Below, piece by piece: positions 56,323 through 63,401 of a stretch of 63,401 nt of DNA. Position numbers and translations under genes: made by a program. The stretch is from NCBI GenBank assembly GCA_001275005.1, contig JWZX01003321.1, forward strand, positions 1 through 63,401, given 5' to 3'. A model generated the notes under the pieces. That model was given only the letters and a program-made list of their open reading frames with translations. It searched no databases and was not told the DNA's origin. Origin of the DNA: Chrysochromulina tobinii. Its lineage: Eukaryota. Position 1 is the stretch's first letter, and every line of letters starts with the position of its first letter.

Positions 56323-57681
56323 ATGGGTCGCCAAAGAGGAGCAATGGGGCGGGCTGCACGGGCGCGCCAGCAGCTAGAGAAGGCCAGCGACTCGGACGGC
56401 CCAGCCGAGACCGAAGCAGACACAGCCGCGGCGGTTGTGCACGGAAACGGAGACGAGCCATGGTGGAAGCACTTCGGCATGAACAGCAGCTCAGGGCGCA
56501 TGCCCGGCGCCATGCCCGACACGTCTGTCGGGTCAACTTCCGAAGCCACGGGGAAGTCTGATGAGGGTCTCTCTCCCGGCAGGCCCCTCCAAATGCATGT
56601 GAACGACTTCTTCAAATCGGCGGGAGACGGACTCAACGCCGCTGGTAAGAGCACGGGCGACTTTTTCAAAGACCTTGGCGAGAATACTGTCAAGATCGGC
56701 GAGAACACTGTCAAGACGATGGCTGACTTGCCGTCGAACACGGTCAAGACTCTTGAAGTATTGACAACCACCTCCCTCTCCCCCTCTGAACCAACGACGC
56801 CTACGAAAGGTACCGCTGGAGCGACGGCGCTGATCCAGCGTGCCGGCCCACCTGCTGACACGAATGGCGGCGGGACACGCATGCCGACACGCATGCCTGG
56901 GACCATGCCTGATCACGCATACGCTATCACGCGGACGCCGTCCTCCCCGGCCGACTTCTTCCCCAAGCCCGATTCCAATACTACCCCGGAGAAGCAGACT
57001 CCGTCCTCCCCGGCCGACTTCTTCCCCAAGCCCAAACCCAATACTATCACCGAGAACCCTTCAGAGCCCACTTCCCCGAGTGTAGCCACCGAGAAGCTCA
57101 ATGAAGGGCTCTCACCTGGAGGCAGGCCCCTCCAAATGCAGATGGATGACTTCTTCAAATCGGCGGGAGACGGACTCAACGCCGCTGGTAAGAGCACGGG
57201 CGACTTTCTCAAAGACCTTGGCGAGAACACCGTCAAGACGATCGCCGAGTCCGGTGAGGCGATTGGGAAGGTGGCACTCGCACCCGTCAAGCTGTTTGAC
57301 AGTAAGGTGCTCGGCCGCCGCTCGCCCAAACGGGCTCGCTCGTTTAGAAAGGCGGCGGTGGAGCAGGCGGCCCTCGAGAAGGCGACCAGGGAGGCCTTCT
57401 TGACCAGAGAGGCAGAGCGGTTGCAATCTCAAAGTGATCTGGTGGCTACAGCGAGATCGAGGAGGTCGGGCGCTATGTCGGGCGCTATGCTGATGGCGTG
57501 GCAGGCGCAGGCCGGCTTCGGTGCGCACTCGCGCGCTCGCGGTTTCGCGGCACTGCTGCTCGGGCTCATGTTGCTTGCCCTTGGCACTGTGGAGTGTGAT
57601 GGCATCACGCTGCCTGTCGTCACTTTCGAGCTGTTCACGGCCTTGCGCTGGCCGCGGATGCTGGTTATCTACCGGCTCTGA
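56323..57681 (+). CDS. Low-complexity protein with internal duplications and C-terminal hydrophobic segment
   Basis: Duplicated EGLSPG-RPLQM..DFFKSAGDGLNAAGKSTGDF.KDLGENTVK and TPSSPADFFPKP units; start uncertain. Confidence 0.55.
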   Translation: MGRQRGAMGRAARARQQLEKASDSDGPAETEADTAAAVVHGNGDEPWWKHFGMNSSSGRMPGAMPDTSVGSTSEATGKSDEGLSPGRPLQMHVNDFFKSAGDGLNAAGKSTGDFFKDLGENTVKIGENTVKTMADLPSNTVKTLEVLTTTSLSPSEPTTPTKGTAGATALIQRAGPPADTNGGGTRMPTRMPGTMPDHAYAITRTPSSPADFFPKPDSNTTPEKQTPSSPADFFPKPKPNTITENPSEPTSPSVATEKLNEGLSPGGRPLQMQMDDFFKSAGDGLNAAGKSTGDFLKDLGENTVKTIAESGEAIGKVALAPVKLFDSKVLGRRSPKRARSFRKAAVEQAALEKATREAFLTREAERLQSQSDLVATARSRRSGAMSGAMLMAWQAQAGFGAHSRARGFAALLLGLMLLALGTVECDGITLPVVTFELFTALRWPRMLVIYRL

Positions 57682-57791
57682 TGGTGGGTACTACTATCTC
57701 ACACGTTTCGTGGGCGTGGCGGCGTCGCGAACTGTGAGTCGGCGCCGTCATGGGGGCCACCGTCTCTTCATTCGCTCTCCACCCTATCTCT

Positions 57792-58110
57792 CGGCTGGCA
57801 TGAACAGTGGAGCTGGCATGAACAGTGACTGCTGACTGGCGTGAGTCTGGATTGGCTGGCATGAATCTAGGGGTATTGGGCTGGCATGGACCGTTGCGTA
57901 GATAATTTGTATCGTGCGAGTCGAGTCGCGGTGTGTCGGAGATGAAAAATATTGAGACATTTCTTCTCAGCGTACTTCTCAGCCAGCCCGCCGCAGCCGT
58001 TCGCGCGCATCCCGGGGACGCGGCACGTCGATCCCGGCGAACGACCCGTCCCAGCACCGGGTTCTGAAAAAACAACCGATCTGTGCACTCTGCACTCTGC
58101 ACTCTGCACC
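57792..58110. repeat. Short dispersed repeats (GCTGGCATG x4; TGCACTC x3), possible DNA-transposon subterminal remnant
   Basis: Direct reading; intergenic between convergent genes. Confidence 0.45.
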
Positions 58111-58231
58111 GTCTGCTCAAACAATCTGTTCGTGGCCTGTGTACTCTACACGCTGTATCCAACCTCGATACCTGAGGAGCCGCGTGCCGCGTGTGCGTGC
58201 GCTCACACGGACACGCGCCACGGGGCCACGC

Positions 58232-61200
58232 TCATGCGTCACGTGGCGCTGGCAGTCGCGGAGCCGCTCCCGTGAGCACCTCGACCTGCGCCCGAAGGGA
58301 GCGCTTCAGGCTGCGTGCCGCCGCCTCGTCCGACACACGCAGTGTCGGAGCCTTCTCGCTTACGTCCTGAGTGGTCACAAAGAGCGCAGTGTGCTCTTCG
58401 GGGTCTTCCTCGACGGCGACAACGTCGCGCAGCGAAAACTGCCACAGCAGGATAGGCGGCGCCTTGCGCACGAGAAGACACACGAGCCGCCCATCCGTGA
58501 GCAGGAGCACGTTGCCCGCCTGCGCCGCGCGCACGCAGCAGAGCAACGGCTCACTCGCATGCTCCGAGAGGTCCGGCATGTGGTGCAAGCAGTGCCATCC
58601 GACCGCCTCGACTTCGTCAAAGCGTCCCACAGCCCGTGCCGGGCCGATCAATGCGCGGGCCAAACGCACGCGACCCGATGGGCACGCGAGTGCAGCGCCC
58701 AGCCCATCACCCGTCTCGCGCCGACTCTCAGCCGCTGCCGCGATCGCGGCCGCGGCCAGCGGCCCTCGCAGCTTGTCGCTCTCCACGTGGCTCGATACCG
58801 CGAGAGAGCGCTGGCTGCTGGCCCTCGAGAATGCGCTCAAGACGCCGCTCACCTTGGAGCTCACGAGCGAGTCGGCCGCGAGCACGGCCACGTCCGTCTT
58901 GAGCACGATGCGCAGCAGCTGGCGGCGCGCCTCGCCCATGTAGTGCTTGCGCATCCCCTTGAGCAGCCGGTGTCGCTCGAAGAAGCTCTGACTGAGCTCA
59001 TACGCCCGGAACTGCATCGAGAGATCCGATACGTTCGGGATGAGATGCCAGGGGATCCCAGAGCTTGCGCTATGCTCGGCTGCGCCGGGGAGTCTCCGGT
59101 ACGTGAGCTGCAAGCTGATCGAGTGCAACAAGAGGCTGTCGATGTACCACAAGCGCTTGCCGCCCTTCTTCGCCACAGTCAGTTCTGAGGAGGCGGCGCG
59201 CACGAGCGCCAGCGAGGGTGTGAGGCGCGCCGGCGCCGTTGCCTCTGACGGCGCCGCTGCCGCTGCCGCTGCCGGCGATGACGCCGTTGTCGTGGGCGTA
59301 TTCTCCGCGTCGGTGAGTGCCACGGCCGAGGCATTGGGCTGGCAGCGCAGGCCAAAGGCGACGAGCGCCGCGAGCAGCGGCTCGTCAAGGGCGATGCCCA
59401 GCTGCTGCGCATTGATCGAGACGCGCTTCAGTCGCTTCTCGACGCGCCGGCGGGTGATGTTGGCCTGCAACCACGGCTGCCCGGAGCCAGGCGCGCCGAG
59501 AAGCAGCACGGGCGTCGCCGCCTGCGGCAGCATCGCATCTGCCTGGATGCAATTGATCGTCATCTGCGCCTCGTGCTCCAGTGCGGAGCTCATCATGGAC
59601 AGGCTCAGCCCATCGGCACGCAGGTGGAGCAGCTCGTGACGACGCGCGTGGTCGACGAGGGAGAGCCCGATCGACGAGAGGTGCACGAGCAGCGACGCCT
59701 GCAGCTCGTGCAGCAGCTCCTGAGGGCGTGAGGGACTCACGCTTACCAGCCTCGTCGACTTGCCCAGACATACTGTAGTCCAGAGGGCGGCCGTCTTGCC
59801 CTTGGCCGCCGCGTGCGGAGTTGGCTCGCGCAGCTCGGCGAGCTTGGTCTCGAAGACCAAGCCCAAGGCGGCCGTCTCCTGAGCGATGAGCATATCCCTC
59901 TGGAGACGAGCATCCTTATCATTGACGAGGAGCTCGCCCTCAGAGAGAAGCACCCCGACCCGCACCTCGAGCACGCGCACACCCGTCGGCTCGTCCCACG
60001 TGTAGTCGAGCGTCTGCCGCGGCGCCACCGTGTACACCAGCTCGCTGCCTTTCTGGCGGAAGGTGAGCGTGAGCGCGTGGCAGTCGTTGCACAGCCGGTA
60101 CGGCGCGGCCGTGGCCAAGTCGAAGCACACCACGAGCGAGGCCTGCACCGCCTCCACCATGACCTGGACCAGCCACGGCACGCCATTCCTTCCTGGGATG
60201 GCAACCACGAGCTCCGTCGGCGTGTCGATCGAGAAGGCGCCGCACCATTCAAAGCCGCCGCCGTCGCTGCGCCGCCGTATGAGCGGCGACGCACCACTCG
60301 TGACAGAGGTGCTGCGCTGGTTGGTGTCGCTCGGGATGGCGAGCTGGAGCAGCCGGCTGTCGGCGGGCGTGTCGCGCCAGTGAAAGGGCACCGACGGCCC
60401 TGGCTTGCCCTCCTCCAGGCCGGGGGTGAGAGTGCCGCCCAGATCGCCGCCCTTGGAGCGATACATCAGGTCGATGCCGGTGCGGTTGACCAGCCGCACG
60501 CGCGGGTGCAGCAGCACGATGCGCGAGCGAGGGCACACGTCCGGTGCGGCGAGCACCGAGATCCCTACCTCGAAGACGCCCACATCGCGCTGCGTGTGCT
60601 CACCCACAATCTCGCAGCTCAACGGTTTGCTCCATCGGTGCTTCGTGGCGCCGCCGCCCCACTTCATGCCCGCCATCGCTAGCTTGATGCGCCGACCCGA
60701 GAGCAGTAACGGGCCTAGCGCGGCGGGGCGTCCCTCTGCCAGATCTCCCTCTGCCAGATCGTCGGTTGCGCTTGGGGCGGCGTCTGCAACCAGCTCCTCG
60801 TCCTCGTCCTCGTCCTCGTCTCCGTCCTCATCGTCCTCAATCTCGCCGCCGCGACGAGCTTTGCGCGGAGAGTTTGCGAGGGATGGGCTTAGGGATGGGC
60901 CATCGCTCAGGTCCTCCACGCCCTCTGCAGTCTCGAAACCTTCGGTGACGAAACCTTCGGTGACCTTCGACCGCTTTTCCGGCGCCTCGTCCTCCTCCTC
61001 GTCCTCGCCCTCCGCGTCCTCCTCGTCCTCCTCGTCGTCCTCCTCGTCCTCCTCGTCCTCCCCGCCCGCGTCCACCTCCGCGCCCTCATCGATCGCCAAG
61101 TCGCCGCCCTCGACGCCACCAGCCTCGGCGTCACTTATCTCGGCGTCACCGACCTTTTTGTCCTCACCCTCCTGAGCTGCTGCCTGCGCATCCTCGTGCG

Positions 61201-63356
61201 CATCCCCCTCGTCCTCCGTCAGAAGGCACGACCCGTCGGCACCCTCGCCCACGACGGCCGCCGCGACGCCCCCCGAGTGCGCACGTGCGCCCGAGCAAAT
61301 AACCTCGTGGTGCGCCACGTCGTCAAAGCTGCCCGAATACTCGCAAAAGTCGCACTTCCACTTTTCCTTCGCTGCGCCCTGAGCGCCCTCGCCCGCCACA
61401 TCAGCCGAACGCGCCGCACCAGCAGCGCCCGCCGCATCCACCGCGCCCGCATCGATCGCATCGGCCACCGCCTCCGCGCCACCCTTAGCCTTACGCCCAA
61501 ACGGCAGGCGTCCTCGCAGCATCGAGATCCTCGTTGCGGCCCGCGTGGGTGCGGCGCTGGCTGGGACGTGCGTGGTCGCCTTGGCCGATTTCGACTCAGT
61601 GGCGGCCTTGCCCTGCTTGGGCCGAAAGAAGCTGCCGACCGCGCTCGACGCGGCGCTCGACGTGGCTTTGGCCTGCCGCCGCCCGGCGCCCAACGCGACG
61701 CCCTCGGCATCTCCGTTTGAATCGCCATTGGAGCGACGACGTCGGCGGAGGCGGCCGAGGCGCGAGGCGCTGCTCGTCGAGTAGAGCAAAGGCAGCTGCG
61801 ACTGGTTGAGTATCCAGAGAGGGGCGTCGAGTTGCAGCGCGAGCACGGCGCTTGCCGAGCCGCCCGGAACGCGTTGCAGCTGCACGTACGCGCTCCGCCC
61901 ATGTGGGTCCCTTAGCACGCAATGCGACGCGACTGTCGCCTGCCAGCTGCCGCCCGAGCCCCTCGCGCCAAAGTAGGCGACTGGCACGTACTCTGCCACG
62001 GGCTCGCCCCACGCGTCGCCGCCGATGCGCAAGCGCACCTTGAGCGCGGCGCCGAGGCCGGCGGGCAAGACAGCCATCGCGCTCGAGGCGCCCGCGGGCA
62101 CGCAGCCCGCGCTCACCGGCCACTCGGCCTTCGAGTCGATGGCAACGTGCACATCGTACGGGAGCGTGTTCTCGATTTGGAGCGCCGCGTTGATGGTGAG
62201 CGTGCTCTGCTGCAGCGAGGGCGCGTGCTTGCTGTGCGCCCGCCCGTGCAAGGTCACCGGGCGGCTCTGCACGCTCAAGGCAGCACGGAAGGCCGCGCGC
62301 CCATCACAGCGCTCCGACGCGAGCTCATGCACTGTCTCGACGTCCGCACCGTCGGTCGCATCGGTTGGATCGTCAGCGCCGTCGCCCTCAAAGGCGCGCA
62401 CGCTCGCGGCGGCAGGGGCAGCCACAAACTCGTCGCACTCAAGCACGCCCTCGGGCAAGACCCCTTCGAGAAGCTCGACCGCCTCGGCCACGGGGCTGAT
62501 CACCTCGAGGCTCGCCTCAAACACGCGCGTGCGCAGCCGCAGCTGCGGCGTGGGCTTGCCGCGTGGCTTGCGACCGGCGCCGCCCCCCGTCGCCTCGACA
62601 CGCACGCGCAGCACATCCGCGAGCTCGAGCAGCCAGCAGCCCGCGGCGAGGGTGTCTGCGTCGGCGCTCGCGCCGTCCGCCACGTAGGCGAGCAGCGTCG
62701 GGGTGAGGAGCAGCACCCCCCTGGCACTCTCGCTAGCCACGCTCACCTCGCCCAGGCACAGCGTGTCTGCGGGCAAGTGGAGGTGGCTCTGGAGCTTAGA
62801 GCTCGAGGGCAAGCGCCACGTGGCCGCGAGCAGTGGCACGCGAGTGATCAGTTCTCGCTGCAGGCTGCTGTACGTTCGGTTGCGGCTGCGGAAGGCGCAC
62901 AGCTGCAGGGGCGCCTCGCCCGCCTCGGCCGCCGGCTGCGCCGTAATGGCGGCTGCGCGGCCCGAGAGTAGGCCGCTCACTCGCGTCTTGTCGAGCGCCA
63001 CGAGGTGCTCGAGGCGAACGAGCCGACCCTTTGTGTCGCGCGAGCTCAGGAAGACGAGAGCAGAGGAGGTCAGGTAGAGCCGCCCTCGCACCCGCCCATT
63101 CTCAGCCGAGGCCGCGAGCGCACAGCCCCATGACGCGAGGAGCTTCTCGGTGGCCCCCAGCCCGAATGCCGCCTGCAGCCGCGCGAGCTGCCGTGCTTGG
63201 CTGCGCGTATTATTCGAGCTGCCGAGCCAAAAGGAGCGCTCCGCATCAGGCCACGGCCACGAATCCTCCGCATCGGCCGCACTCACGAGGAGCTGCGAGA
63301 TCAACGTATTGGTGCTGCTGTCCTCGCTGGCGCCGGGCGCCCCGCCACCGCTCGCT

Positions 63357-63388
<32 letters not shown>

Positions 63389-63401
63389 TGCCGCCGCCGC
63401 C
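58232..63401 (-). CDS. VPS13: VPS13-family lipid-transfer protein, C-terminal part (GRAM-like, VAB/SHR-BD repeats, VPS13_C, PH-like); 5' end outside the window
   Basis: GRLYLT (GRAM); LQIENTLPY, APLWILNQSQLPLLY, PRVRLVNRTG, PYRLCND, YTWDEP; LSSIGLSLVD; IQAD..L; frame open to the window end. Confidence 0.85.

Overview
High-GC, gene-dense eukaryotic nuclear DNA with spliceosomal GT-AG introns. Gene content (outer-dynein-arm docking subunit, MBD+AP2 protein, plastid-type HAD, VPS13) and intron style suggest a flagellated alga, probably a haptophyte (Chrysochromulina-like; inference only). About 27 genes are readable, including cathepsin Z-like protease, IQ+DOT1-like methyltransferase, ADPRibase-Mn-like phosphoesterase, pLGIC-like channel, FkbM, Stealth, GH2 beta-mannosidase, Zn2Cys6 factor, CH/EF-hand protein, PAF-acetylhydrolase, TM+HET-like protein, PhyH, GT8-like transferase and a 5'-truncated VPS13. 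The most striking signal is in the introns. Seven introns in five unrelated genes share a near-identical 3' end (TGATTGCCTCCCTCAT...CAG). About ten introns carry a 10-36 nt copy of the adjacent exon, often supplying the GT or AG, which points to a duplication-linked intron-generating process. Other leads: a TM+HET gene block flanked by a degenerate duplicate of the neighbouring gene's 5' end, an F-box-like + nucleotidyltransferase-like gene, a dispersed ~30-bp intergenic motif, and frameshifts caused by short tandem duplications. All calls are by eye; no database search was run.
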